Positions 29,315 to 39,881 of a stretch of 64,000 nucleotides of DNA are shown in pieces. The position numbers were made by a program, and so were the translations under genes. Every line of letters begins with the position of its first letter. Position 1 is the first letter of the stretch. Source of the stretch: a virus (taxonomy: Duplodnaviria > Caudoviricetes); IMG/VR virus record IMGVR_UViG_3300021060_000040, positions 1 to 64,000 of that record. One strand, given 5' to 3'. The notes below the pieces were generated by a model. That model was not told the DNA's origin. It worked only from the letters and a program-made list of their open reading frames with translations, and ran no database searches.

Positions 29315-29590
29315 ATGACACCCGAACAGATCACGGAGGCGTATCCGCTCTGCGCGGAGCTGACCACCATAGTCACAAGCCGAAATGAAATTTTCCTAAC
29401 TAGGAATGCGCCGGCCAGTATCATAAATAGCGGCGGCCACCTGACGCTGGCCGGGGATTCTTCAACGCAAGTCTATTATCTTCAGGACCACGAATTCGAC
29501 GCGATTAAAACTACGCTTCTCCAGGTCATGGATGCCCGCATCGAACGTGTGAAGCGGCGGCTGGACGAGCTTGGCGTCGATCTGCAATAA
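29315..29590 (+). CDS. Hypothetical protein
   Basis: Motif at 29285 and AAGGA RBS. Confidence 0.65.
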   Translation: MTPEQITEAYPLCAELTTIVTSRNEIFLTRNAPASIINSGGHLTLAGDSSTQVYYLQDHEFDAIKTTLLQVMDARIERVKRRLDELGVDLQ

Positions 29591-29600
29591 CGAGCGCGCC

Positions 29601-29732
29601 ATGAAGTTCATCGAAAAACTCTTCTTGGGCGCGACAGTCGTGCTCGTCGGGATCTACATATGGTTTATGCTTCAGGTGATTTGGTTCCTCCTCCAGCTGC
29701 TACCGATCACCCTTTTCCTCTTCGCTTTTTGA
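29601..29732 (+). CDS. Very hydrophobic 43-aa peptide
   Basis: MKFIEKLFLGATVVLVGIYIWFMLQVIWFLLQLLPITLFLFAF; below the ORF-track cutoff. Confidence 0.4.
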   Translation: MKFIEKLFLGATVVLVGIYIWFMLQVIWFLLQLLPITLFLFAF

Positions 29733-29776
29733 AGCGCCTATCGCCAGCGCGATCGAGAACCGGCGATCAGCTGCTT

Positions 29777-30766
29777 TCAAGGACCAATCATCCTGGAAAA
29801 GCTATTGCCGAATTGCGTCACGGCATCTTCGAAGTTCCGCCTTCTGGTCTCACGAACGGACGCCTCAGCAGTTAAAAGCCTGGGATCATCATCGATGAAT
29901 GGACGCGGGTTGGCCCCAGGATAATAAGGAAATATTTTATTCTTCGGTAGAGTCGTCGTTATAATAACCTGATGCCGATCTTCTCGGAAATTATCATTCG
30001 TCAGCGTAACGCGTGAAAGCTCGAAGCCGTAAAGCTGGGAAGGGTTGAGTGCCAGCGTGGGACTTACGTTCCCTAATAATTTCGTGGAAAATACGATCGT
30101 ATCAGACATAGTCGAAATGGCCGGCCCGCTTGGCGTCCCCCTAAAGCTCCCGTTTTTGTTAATGAACACAAAACTATCGACCAAATCATTTATCTTAAGC
30201 CGGCCCTCGATCGGATAGACAAGATTTATCGGTCGGGGCACCTCACAATAATCGTAATTAACTTTCGTTGCAAGAACGAGGAAATTGTCAGTAACCTGAA
30301 AATGACGAATGGTCTGTCGCGTCCGCTCTCCTTTTGCTCCAATTCCTACGCTATCGATCCGACGGGCAAACGTTCTGACGAGATCAAAATTTACACCCTG
30401 GGTATTCGCCTCGTTTAAATTCAGCGTGAAATCGTACGTCATCTGCGCATTTCTGAAATAATCAAACGCCTTATCGAGCTCTTTTACCTTAAATCTAGGC
30501 GCCCCAATTTCATTAAAACGCCTGCGGTCTTTATCCAAAATCTCGGCGAGCTGCTTGCCTGTCAGATCTTTATATACAACGTCATCGTAGTTATTCAGCT
30601 CCTTGAGCGCAGCCTCGCGAATTGCATCTCTTGCTTCGCATCGTACCCTGGCAACGATATCGGCCGTGGTTGAACCAGTCACATCTTGAGGGAGCGGACT
30701 ATTCGCGCAGCCTTGCGTTAGAACCCCCAACGCTGATGCAGCAATACACGCGAGATAGCCACGCAT
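29777..30766 (-). CDS. Putative lipoprotein, low GC (moron-like)
   Basis: Signal peptide with LTQG-C lipobox; antisense to neighbours. Confidence 0.7.
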   Translation of the reverse strand: MRGYLACIAASALGVLTQGCANSPLPQDVTGSTTADIVARVRCEARDAIREAALKELNNYDDVVYKDLTGKQLAEILDKDRRRFNEIGAPRFKVKELDKAFDYFRNAQMTYDFTLNLNEANTQGVNFDLVRTFARRIDSVGIGAKGERTRQTIRHFQVTDNFLVLATKVNYDYCEVPRPINLVYPIEGRLKINDLVDSFVFINKNGSFRGTPSGPAISTMSDTIVFSTKLLGNVSPTLALNPSQLYGFELSRVTLTNDNFREDRHQVIITTTLPKNKIFPYYPGANPRPFIDDDPRLLTAEASVRETRRRNFEDAVTQFGNSFSRMIGP

Positions 30767-31014
30767 TTCAACCGCCCGCGCTTCTTTCTACTAATATATC
30801 ATGCAGTAAACACCGTTGCGTCAGCGGTGATATGGCATCAGTGCAACACAGGCGGATCAGTGCAGGTTTAATCACACCTAAATCTATATCCGCCGGCTCG
30901 GGCAGGCCCCGGTAGCGCAATCAACAATATTCATCCCCGCCAAAGCGCGCCCCTCACGGGTTTAGTGCGCCCAATCGCTTGCGCGATTGCAAACGGATAG
31001 CAAAGGACTTTGCC

Positions 31015-31803
31015 ATGAACGGCTTCATCATCTGGCAGGGGCCGTCCGAGATCGACGGCGCCCCGATCGTGGTCATCGCCACCGGCATCGTGAACGGCGG
31101 CAACAACTCCAAGACCGGCCCGATGACGCAAATCTATATCCTGCGCTCCGACGTGGCGCCGCTGCATGCCGTGGCGCTCGGGCTTGATCGCTCGATCTGC
31201 GGATCCTGCCGGCATCGCGGTCGCCCCGAGGTCGTCGACGGCAAGCTGAAGCTCACCGAGCGGACCTGCTACGTCCAGCTGACCCACGGCCCCCGCATGG
31301 TCTTCGAAGCCCTGCAGAAGGGCCGCTACGCCACCGTTTTAGATCGGACGGCCGCGGCACTCCTGGCTGTGCGCCCGGTCCGCTTTGGTGCCTACGGTGA
31401 TCCCGGCGCGGTGCCGGTTGAGGTGTGGGCCCGCGTCCTCAAGAGCGTCCGCACGAGCAACGCCTACACGCACCTGTGGCGCGAGCGTCCGGACTTGGCG
31501 AGCTTCTGCATGGCGAGCTGCGACACGGAGGAGGAGCGGCTCGAGGCGAAGGCCCTTGGCTTCCGTACCTACCGCGTCCGGCCGGCCGGCGCACCGCTCA
31601 TGAAGGGCGAGGGCCACTGCCCGGCCTCGGACGAGATGGCGTCGGAGAAGAATCCGCTCATGCAGTGCGCTCGCTGCATGCTCTGCGACGGCAACCGTCG
31701 CAGCCTGAAGGTGGACATCGCCATCGAGGCCCATGGGTCCGGCAAGGTCCACTACGAGCGCCAGGAGGCGGCCCGCCTCGATCCCCAGCGCATCGCCGCA
31801 TAA
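31015..31803 (+). CDS. Cys-rich phage protein (possibly Fe-S or radical-SAM-like)
   Basis: NSKTG, CGSC, CY, RFGAYGDP, YTH, CP..CARCMLC. Confidence 0.75.
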   Translation: MNGFIIWQGPSEIDGAPIVVIATGIVNGGNNSKTGPMTQIYILRSDVAPLHAVALGLDRSICGSCRHRGRPEVVDGKLKLTERTCYVQLTHGPRMVFEALQKGRYATVLDRTAAALLAVRPVRFGAYGDPGAVPVEVWARVLKSVRTSNAYTHLWRERPDLASFCMASCDTEEERLEAKALGFRTYRVRPAGAPLMKGEGHCPASDEMASEKNPLMQCARCMLCDGNRRSLKVDIAIEAHGSGKVHYERQEAARLDPQRIAA

Positions 31804-31855
31804 GGCGCTTGCGTGAATTCATGCAACCCGCATAAACGCAACCTCAGGAGAACAT

Positions 31856-33910
31856 ATGACGAGATACGTGACCATCGTCGGGACCGGTCGGGACGAGTAT
31901 CCGCGTGTGGATCTGGCGCGCTTCGCGACGGACCTGTGCGCCGTGATGCACGGCACGGCCCCGCGGGAGAACCGGTCCGGCCGGGATAGCTGGTCGTTCG
32001 ATCTGGGCGACAACGAGCTGATCCTGTCGGTCCCGTGGCACAAGGGTCGGGCGACGGCCCGGATCTGGGCACGCGACATCCCTGGCCGCGACAGCCAGGC
32101 AGCCCGGCGTTTCTCCACCCAGGAGGCGACCTTCGACCCCGACGCCCGGGATCTGCCTCGGATTGCTGCCGACATCACCCGCCGGGTCATCGACGCCTCG
32201 GCCGAGGCGCTGGCCTCACAACGTGCCGAGGTGATGTGGCGGGACGCACGCCGGGCCGAGATGGAGACGCTGGCTGCCACCCTCGAGGCGAAGGGCATGA
32301 CCGTATGCCGGTGCGAAGAGGATACCGAGCTGCGCTTCCACGGGCCCGGCCTCGGCTTTTCCGGCCGCACGGAGGCCGGCTCCCAGGACGCGGGCCGATT
32401 CACCCAGATCCGGTTCGAGCACTTCACCGTCCCTGCGCAGAAGGCGCTGGCGGTGGTCGACGCCGTCAGGGGCTGACCACATTCGGACGCCTTCCGCTAC
32501 AACGCTTGCGCGAATTCAAGCAAGGAGCACACGATGCAGCCTGAGAGCTTCAACGCCATCATGGACAGCCTCGGCGGCTGAGGGAGGGGTCGATGCTCTA
32601 CGAGAACATGACCTGGTCTCAGAAGCAGGACGCCATCGCCCTGGCCGAGGCCAGGATCCTGCGCCTGGATGTCGGCAGCCAGTTCACCGTGAAGTTCACA
32701 GCCCGCGGGGTGCGCGAGGCGCGGATCACCCGCATCGGCAAGGCGCAGCAGCGCTTCTTCCAGAGCTACGACAAGACGAATCGGTGCTGGGGGCGGGAGC
32801 GCAAGCTCTCGCCGCACGACCTGATCCGATGATTGTCAGCAACGAACTTAAGGAGATCTCCCCATGCCCCAGACTGAAAGCGCCAAGCGGCGTGAGAAGC
32901 ACAGGCTGGCCGCCATCAAGCGGTGCAACCACGCGGTCCTGTCCCTCGGGGAGCTGACCGACAAGACCGACCTGCAGGAGCTCAACGACCTCTCATCCGA
33001 GGCGGCGATGCGCCTGGAGGACGCCCTGCGGGAGATCGAGGCGTTCCGCGCCCTGATCTACGAGCTATGAGCGAGCCGTCCCGCAAGCACCGAAAGCTGA
33101 TCGCCCGGCTGAAGCGCAGAAAGAACAAATCACCCGAGGATTGGGCCAAGCTCAAGGAGATCATGCGCTCGGGATTGCTGAACCAGTTCGATCCAATAAA
33201 GCCCCAGGAGAAGCAATGAACGAAAAGCTCTACCTGCTGACCGTGCGCGAGGACACACGGTCGCGCACCGAACAGCGCTTCCGGGATGGACACCAAGCCG
33301 CCTGGGCCTACCGGGACGCCTGCAATCTTGTCGTGGCCGGCAAGGCGCTGAGCATCGAGCTGCTCGATCGCGGCGGCAACCGCATGGCCTTTGCCGAGGC
33401 CGGCCGGCCGATCCCGAAGGTGGGGGACCGAGTGCGGATCGTCGGCGATCCGACCTGGTCAAGCTGGAAGCGCCCCTCGATCGGCGATACCGGCACCATC
33501 CAAGAGCCACCCCGCGCACTCACTGACGGCACGGCGGTGCGCTGCGGCCTGCTGTGGTTCGAGATCGATCGTGAACTGCGCGATCGTGTTCATACCGATA
33601 TGTTCGTCAGGCCTTACGAGGTCGAGGTGCTCGCGGCCGCGTCTGCGGCCAAGGCTGCCTGACGGCCCCTGCCGAACGATGCGTTTCGGCCGAGCCAGGG
33701 CGGCTCGGACTCATTCAAGGAGGACCCATGAAGAAACCCGCCACCGACGATCAGCTCTACGTCGTCATGGTCAAGCGCGGCAGCCAACCCTACGAGCCGT
33801 CCTCCGACCCGGTCTCCCGCACGAAGTCGGCGGATCTGGTCAGGAGGCACTGGGGATCGGGCCGCTATGCTTGGCGCTTTCCCCTGCCGCCCGAGACAAA
33901 GGTCAGCTGA
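31856..33910 (+). CDS. Hypothetical genes 31856-32476, 32593-32832, 32864-33070, 33067-33219, 33216-33662, 33728-33910
   Basis: RBS-preceded co-oriented ORFs. Confidence 0.65.
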
Positions 33911-34062
33911 CTCACAGTCCTGCACAAGACCAAGCGCGGAATTGCATGATTTCTCGCACATGAGCAAACGATAGCCCTTGCACACCTACGCGAGCGCTTG
34001 CATGTTGCACGCCCACTGCAAACCAATCGGGTACCCGAAAAGGCTTAGGCAGGGAGATCCTC

Positions 34063-35022
34063 ATGCAAGCCACCCAGGCACGAGAATTCAATCTACAAAC
34101 TGTCCGATCAGGAACTGTCTCTAGAACTTACACTGTCATAAATTGCAGCAAATGCCCAAACGAATTTACTTTCTCGTCCGCCCGGAGACTGCCTGATGAA
34201 ATCATTTCCAAGAAAATACGTTCGCATGGGTGGCTGCTCAGTCGCGACCGACAGCACGACGTGTGCCCCGCTTGTCTTGGGGTGAAACCCGAGAACCGCC
34301 TCGCAGAGAAATTCCCCACCCGCCGCGCCGGTGCCCCAGTTCCAACACCCGCCGATTGCGTCGACACCGCTGCCCGTGTGCGCGACCGGGACCGCGCCAA
34401 GACCCTAGCCGCCCTCGACCGACTCTTCACGCCGCCGCCGGCTAAGCCAACCGCAGCTCCCGTGCCCCCAGCGCCGGCACCGACGCCAGCGGCCCAATCC
34501 GATCCCCGCATCGACATCCTGCAGAACGAGATCTCCCAAATGCGGGCGGCGATGGAGCTGCAGCTCGAGGTCACGCAGGAGATCGCCAACCAGAACCGCC
34601 GCCTCGTCGAGCAACAAGCCGTTTCCAACCGGCATCAGGAGCAACTGATCGAAGCCGTGGCCCGGATGGCGGCGATGACCGGCCGGCAGAACGAGTGCCT
34701 GACCGCAAACATCGGTCAAGTGGCGAACGCCCTGACCGGACTGCGCGATCTCGCCGAGACTCGCATGCGACTGGTGCCGCCCGCCCTTCTCGCCATTGAT
34801 GAGCTACCGCCGGCAGAGCCCAAGCCGCCGGCCACGCCGCGGCCCAAGCCGCGGGCCAAGCCGATATCGCGGTTCGCCAAGGCGGTCGAAGCGACACTTC
34901 AGGGACGGCCCAAGCCGCCGCCGATCGACGAGGAAGACCGCCAGCGGATGGATGCCGAGCGCCGCCGTCGCGTCGAGGAGCGCGCCCGCAACCGTCAACA
35001 GCGAATGATAGCCGCCGAATGA
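34063..35022 (+). CDS. Zn-ribbon and coiled-coil protein
   Basis: CSKC...GW....CPAC, Pro linkers, coiled coil. Confidence 0.7.
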   Translation: MQATQAREFNLQTVRSGTVSRTYTVINCSKCPNEFTFSSARRLPDEIISKKIRSHGWLLSRDRQHDVCPACLGVKPENRLAEKFPTRRAGAPVPTPADCVDTAARVRDRDRAKTLAALDRLFTPPPAKPTAAPVPPAPAPTPAAQSDPRIDILQNEISQMRAAMELQLEVTQEIANQNRRLVEQQAVSNRHQEQLIEAVARMAAMTGRQNECLTANIGQVANALTGLRDLAETRMRLVPPALLAIDELPPAEPKPPATPRPKPRAKPISRFAKAVEATLQGRPKPPPIDEEDRQRMDAERRRRVEERARNRQQRMIAAE

Positions 35023-35083
35023 GCCGGCCGAGGGCCGAAGCTCCCTGCTGAGGCCCGGACCGGGAGACCGTCGAGGCAGACGT

Positions 35084-35644
35084 TTGCGCAGCTCCGCACA
35101 AGCCGCCAGCCCAAACCTATCCCGGGGCAGCGCCGCAGCTTCGCTGCCAGCCAGCTTGACTTGGGTGGTGATCGAGGACGGCACATCGCATCGGGCCCTC
35201 TGCGTCCAAGCTTCGTCGCCGAGCCGCATCCGCAAGTTCCTTCGCCACAAGGGCAACCTGTACGCGGTCGAGCGCGGTTACGGGGAGGATCATCTGGGGC
35301 GCCGGCTCGAAGGCGAGAGCAGGCGCCGGCTCGCCCGCAGCCTTCAGCGCCATGCAAACAGCGACGCCAGCCAGATCATGGTCGAGGTGATGCAGATCCG
35401 GGCGCAGGTCGAGGCCGTGCTCGAGATGGTCGCCCGCAGCGCTGGCCTGACGCGCGAGGCCCTGACCCGGCCGGGCCGAAGCCCGTGGCTTGCCAGAGCC
35501 CGGATCCGGGTAGCGCACGAGTTACGCTACGGTCTCAAGCTGCCCCTGGAGGAGGTCGCCATTGCCCTGCACTTGAAGGATCATTCGGCGGTCCGCTACC
35601 TGCTGAAGAAGGCCTACCCCGAGCTCGAGCAGGAGGTGACATGA
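35084..35644 (+). CDS. Protein with DnaA C-terminal-like HTH (start uncertain)
   Basis: R....ARAR.....LPLEEVA..L..KDHSAVRY. Confidence 0.7.
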   Translation: MRSSAQAASPNLSRGSAAASLPASLTWVVIEDGTSHRALCVQASSPSRIRKFLRHKGNLYAVERGYGEDHLGRRLEGESRRRLARSLQRHANSDASQIMVEVMQIRAQVEAVLEMVARSAGLTREALTRPGRSPWLARARIRVAHELRYGLKLPLEEVAIALHLKDHSAVRYLLKKAYPELEQEVT

Positions 35645-35976
35645 CCGCCAAATCGACGAACGCCAAACGTCGCGTGATGACCGGACCGCAGTTCCGCGCC
35701 TGGCGCGAAGCCCGCGGTTACTCGCTCGGGCGGATGGCCGACCTGTTCGGCGTGACGAAGTCCTCGGTTCAGGATCTCGATGCCGGCGGGTGCTCCCAGA
35801 TCCACGCCCTGGCCATGGCGGCGATCGATCACGGCGTGATGCCCTACACCCCCGATCCAGAGGAGGCTTCCAATGTCGAAGACCAAGTCGCTGAATCCCC
35901 AGTTCACACGACGGCTCCCAGCGATCATCGACGCACTCCTCGCCGCGATGCTCGCCGTCCGCCAGCCGTTGAATGA
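35641..35976 (+). CDS. XRE-type HTH protein
   Basis: MTGPQFRAWREARGYSLGRMADLFGVTKSSV. Confidence 0.75.
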   Translation: MTAKSTNAKRRVMTGPQFRAWREARGYSLGRMADLFGVTKSSVQDLDAGGCSQIHALAMAAIDHGVMPYTPDPEEASNVEDQVAESPVHTTAPSDHRRTPRRDARRPPAVE

Positions 35977-36541
35977 TGCCGAGAGCCACATCCAGGAGCT
36001 GACCGAGTATCTCGATTTCGAAATCGGGAAGGCGCAGCTGGCCATGACCGGCGTCACGGATCTCGCCGCCCTGCAAGCTTGGATCGACCACTTGAGAATG
36101 ATCAAGGCGATCGCTGCCCCGGACGAGATGCGGCTCCCCGGCCTAGCGCTGCGCGAGCTCGTTGATCAGCTGCAAGAGAGCTTCACCGAAGACGCGGCAG
36201 ACCAAGCGGCCTGACCGCCTTGCCACGCCCCGTCGCTTGCGCGATTTCAAGGACAGCGCAAATGAATTCAAGGAAGTGGGCGACGCTGTTTGCCCAGGAG
36301 CGACAAGTCCAGGACCCCCTCGCGGAGCTGCCCCATGCTTGACGAAATGGCCAAAGCCAGCCTGGTGCTGGCCGTGATGCCCGACGGGGACCTTCGGGTC
36401 ATCAAGAACGTCGCAGGCTCTCGCACCCAAGAAGATGGTTTGCTGGCTCTAGCAGAGCGCCTGCAACCGGATCTGCTCGACAAGGTGTTCCACCTGAGGA
36501 ACACCCATGTCCACCAGAGGAACGGATTTCTCACGAAATGA
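35873..36541 (+). CDS. Hypothetical genes 35873-36214 and 36335-36541
   Basis: GAGGAGG and GGAG RBS. Confidence 0.55.
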
Positions 36542-36620
36542 CGCTTGCCAGTCACATCCCCCTGACTAGAACCGAGTCGTAATCGTCCCGAGTTCTGGAC
36601 GCGGATCGAAGGTCGTAGGT

Positions 36621-37040
36621 ATGCAGGGGGTCTTGAGGTACGGTGCGTTCACTATTGTCGAGGAGGGGCCGAACCTCGTTGCGACCAATATGGACGAAGT
36701 GAGCGACGGCGCGTACTTGGAAATTCAATCCGACTCTTACGATACTCTCATCGAGGCCCTGAAAACCATAGACAGGGTCTGTGAGAATTACAATCCGGCA
36801 ACCCGGGCTTTCGGCCCGATGCCCGATTGGCTGATCCCTTTTTTGATACACGGCGACCCTGCTCGGGTCGTTCTGCCGAGTAAGGACCTGCGCCGGCTGC
36901 TCAGCGTTCCGCCTGCGGTTCGCGATGCCGCCCACGCGTTGCTCGGCCTGTCGGTAACCGCAAGCGTCTGGGCAAGCCTCAGCTGTCGGACCTTCGCGGG
37001 GCTGCGCCATGTGATCGCCACCAGCCTCAGCCTGTCCTGA
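36621..37040 (+). CDS. Hypothetical protein
   Basis: 139-aa ORF ending before the bidirectional terminator. Confidence 0.45.
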   Translation: MQGVLRYGAFTIVEEGPNLVATNMDEVSDGAYLEIQSDSYDTLIEALKTIDRVCENYNPATRAFGPMPDWLIPFLIHGDPARVVLPSKDLRRLLSVPPAVRDAAHALLGLSVTASVWASLSCRTFAGLRHVIATSLSLS

Positions 37041-37067
37041 AACCGTCGAGCGGATCCCCGCAACGAA

Positions 37068-37090
37068 AAGGGCGCCCCTGAGGCGCCCTT
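37068..37090. terminator. Bidirectional intrinsic terminator
   Basis: AAGGGCGCC-cctga-GGCGCCCTT between convergent genes, A/T flanks. Confidence 0.75.
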
Positions 37091-37123
37091 CTTACGTTCT
37101 GGATCCATGCAGGCTAGGCCGGA

Positions 37124-37849
37124 TCAGGGCCTCACCATGACGCGAACGATCCCGAGCTCCTTGATCCGCTCACGAGGAACCCGCACGACACTGGCCTTCT
37201 TGGAACCGGAACCCGGCTCTTCGAGACCGATGCCGGCCGCGGTGACGTCGCGGACCAGACGGACCTTGGAGATCCCGCTGGTGTCGGTGATCATGACCAG
37301 GTCATCACGAGCCGGGTCGCGGAGCTTCGTCGCGAACATCATGGTCCGCTCCGGGATCAGCGGCGCGAGAGCATCGTCGGGCATGAAGAACGCGAAGGCG
37401 GTCGAGTCGCCCATGAGCTCCTGCGGCCGCGGTACGCGACGCACATCACGGTTGATCGGCTGGATCCCCTCCGGAAATGGCGAGACGCTGATCAGTCGCA
37501 CCGTCGACGGGCCCAGATCGCCGGAGGCAGTCAGCGACCGTGGGCGCTCGTTGCGGTCACCGTTGATCTCGGTCTGCGTGATCCCGTGCGCCTCCATGAG
37601 AGAGCGCGGCACGGCGTAGCCAGATCCGTCGCTAATCTTCTTGATGGTGCTGAAGGATAGGGAGTGGTGGTTGCGTTCGTCGTTGAGGAAGCGGAGCAGG
37701 GTGGACGGCGCGAGTACGGACTGGCGCGCCAGATCAGTGGGCGTCCAGTTCTTGTCCTTCAGGATCCGGTCGATCCAGTTACGAGCCTCCTGACGCTCGG
37801 CCGCATGCCGATCCGGAAGGGTACGCTCGCTCAGCGTCGTATTTATCAC
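37124..37849 (-). CDS. cI-like repressor (XRE HTH plus degenerate S24-like domain)
   Basis: WTPTDLARQSVLAPSTLLRFLN HTH; C-terminal FAFFMPDDALAP..D.V; divergent from the replication operon; GGAGG RBS. Confidence 0.8.
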   Translation of the reverse strand: MINTTLSERTLPDRHAAERQEARNWIDRILKDKNWTPTDLARQSVLAPSTLLRFLNDERNHHSLSFSTIKKISDGSGYAVPRSLMEAHGITQTEINGDRNERPRSLTASGDLGPSTVRLISVSPFPEGIQPINRDVRRVPRPQELMGDSTAFAFFMPDDALAPLIPERTMMFATKLRDPARDDLVMITDTSGISKVRLVRDVTAAGIGLEEPGSGSKKASVVRVPRERIKELGIVRVMVRP

Positions 37850-38392
37850 CTAACTACCTCCTTCGTTCATGGCGCCGACCGTGACAAACCAGACCTCGAA
37901 AGCTCGCTCGCGGGCATTTGCGTTGCAAATGGGACGCAAACGGGTGTATGGGGGTTCGTCGCAGGAGATGGACACGAAACGCTCCCCAACACCGCGATAG
38001 CTATTCGCGTTTGCGTGCGCTTGCAAGTAGGCAAACGCAGTTTGAACCACAAAAGCGCATGTTGACCCCGCCAAAGTCTTATGTTCCCGCTTTGTTCTCG
38101 TCTGCGGGGGGTGGGATATGTTGCTGGCCGAGCACATGAGCCGCCTACCGAGCAGTAAACCTCGGATGGAATGCAGACTCGGCCGCCGGAATATATCGGG
38201 TACGCGTTTTGACCTCAGGCACCCCAGAGAACAATCTAAGATGCTCTCCGGGAGGGCGCTCAAGGAATTTCAAATCCCAGCGTGATATTTCTTGATACCG
38301 TATTCCATAACCCAAATAAAATCTAACAATGATGCATATGGCCTGACGTAAAACTTGCACGCAAGCGCTCGCGCAAACGTTGCTCTGGATGG

Positions 38393-38854
38393 ATGACGAC
38401 GATGGCTCCGAGGAAGACAACACCAGCGAGTGCCCGGCAGGCGCGGATCACAGAGATCGTGGCCCCGGACTGGGACGGCGGCATACGCCTCGACCTCCCA
38501 CTTCCCACAAGCACCAACCTGATCTGGCGGGTTGGCCGCGGCCATACCTATCTCAACCCGGCCTACAAGAACTGGATGGAGCGGGCGAGCGCAGCGCTCG
38601 AGGCGCAGCGGTCCGGCCTGAACGTCGATCACATCCCGGGCTGGTTCGACGTCGCTATGATGCTGTCGGAGCGCAAGCGCGGGATCGCCGACATCGACAA
38701 TCGCGTGAAGGCGACCCTCGACTGGGCCAAGAAGGCCGGCCTGATCGTCGACGACAAGCTCGACAACCGCGTCGTGCTCGAATGGGGACCGCTGCCGGCA
38801 AGTCAGGTGCGGGTTTGGCTGGTGCCCTCGGAATCGGACCTGCCCGCGCCTTGA
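38393..38854 (+). CDS. rusA: RusA-family Holliday junction resolvase
   Basis: LPLPTSTN, DIDNRVKATLD, IVDD. Confidence 0.85.
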   Translation: MTTMAPRKTTPASARQARITEIVAPDWDGGIRLDLPLPTSTNLIWRVGRGHTYLNPAYKNWMERASAALEAQRSGLNVDHIPGWFDVAMMLSERKRGIADIDNRVKATLDWAKKAGLIVDDKLDNRVVLEWGPLPASQVRVWLVPSESDLPAP

Positions 38855-38921
38855 CGTTTGCGCGATTTCAAACGAGATGCAAACGCCCAGGACACCGTCC
38901 GCTCGAACCCAAGGAGGCCCG

Positions 38922-39881
38922 ATGAAGGGCGAGTTCTACAAGATGGATTTCCGCGCCTGGAACCTCGGCACGGTTGATCTCAGTCTCGAGCAGGAGGCTG
39001 CCTACCTTCGGCTCTGCCATGCCATGTACGACGCCCGTGGCCCGGTGCCTGACACCACGCGCCTGCTGCAGGGGATCTTCCGCTGCGGCAACGTCAAGGC
39101 CAGCGCGCTGGTGCGCCAGCTGATCGAGGCTGGCAAGATCGAAAGGGATGCGACCGGCCGGCTTCTGAACCGGCGCGTGCTGGAAGAGCTGGCCCTTCGC
39201 CGCCGCGGTGATGGCCCCTCGCCGAGGGCTAGTGTCGCGTCCCTGAGAGACGGGTGCGGGCCGACTGCGGATCCGGTGACACGCGAGTGCCGATCGCGTG
39301 CAAGCTCGGTGAACCCCGAGTGGGAGGCCGATCCCCACCGAGTGACGACCTCTAAGGCACTGCAGGATAACGATCTTATTTCCACAGAGAAGAGAAGAGG
39401 AGAGGAGAATAGAGGAGAGCAGATCAGATCAGAGGCAGATTCAGCTGCTTTGCTGACCTCCGAACAGGAAGCGCGGATCGAGGCCGCGTTCGGGCCGGCT
39501 GTCGCCGGCCGGGCAGCGACGGTCGATCCAGGGGCAGCCTCCTCCACCGGGGCCGAGCGGCCGGTCGCGGCCGGACCGAAGCGCCGCGAGCCGCCGGAGG
39601 CCTACTTCATCGACCAGGACGACGGCTTCCGCGTCCTGAAGGCCGACATCGAGAAGTGGCAGGAGGCCTTCCCGCACCTCAACGTCGCCGGCGAGGTGCT
39701 CGGAGCGGCCGACTGGGTGATGCGCAACTGGGGCAAGGACTGGTTCCACCGGATGCGAACCTGGCTCGCCGGCAAGGACCGTGAGGCCAAGGCCGACGCG
39801 GACGCTCGCCGGATCCAGGCACAGGCCCAGGCCGCCGAGGCAGCCCGGCCCAAGCCCAACGGCCGGTACTACATCCCATGA
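38922..39881 (+). CDS. DUF1376/YdaU-like phage replication protein
   Basis: FYKMDFRAW..T..LSLEQEAAYLRL..MY; AGGAGG RBS. Confidence 0.75.
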   Translation: MKGEFYKMDFRAWNLGTVDLSLEQEAAYLRLCHAMYDARGPVPDTTRLLQGIFRCGNVKASALVRQLIEAGKIERDATGRLLNRRVLEELALRRRGDGPSPRASVASLRDGCGPTADPVTRECRSRASSVNPEWEADPHRVTTSKALQDNDLISTEKRRGEENRGEQIRSEADSAALLTSEQEARIEAAFGPAVAGRAATVDPGAASSTGAERPVAAGPKRREPPEAYFIDQDDGFRVLKADIEKWQEAFPHLNVAGEVLGAADWVMRNWGKDWFHRMRTWLAGKDREAKADADARRIQAQAQAAEAARPKPNGRYYIP

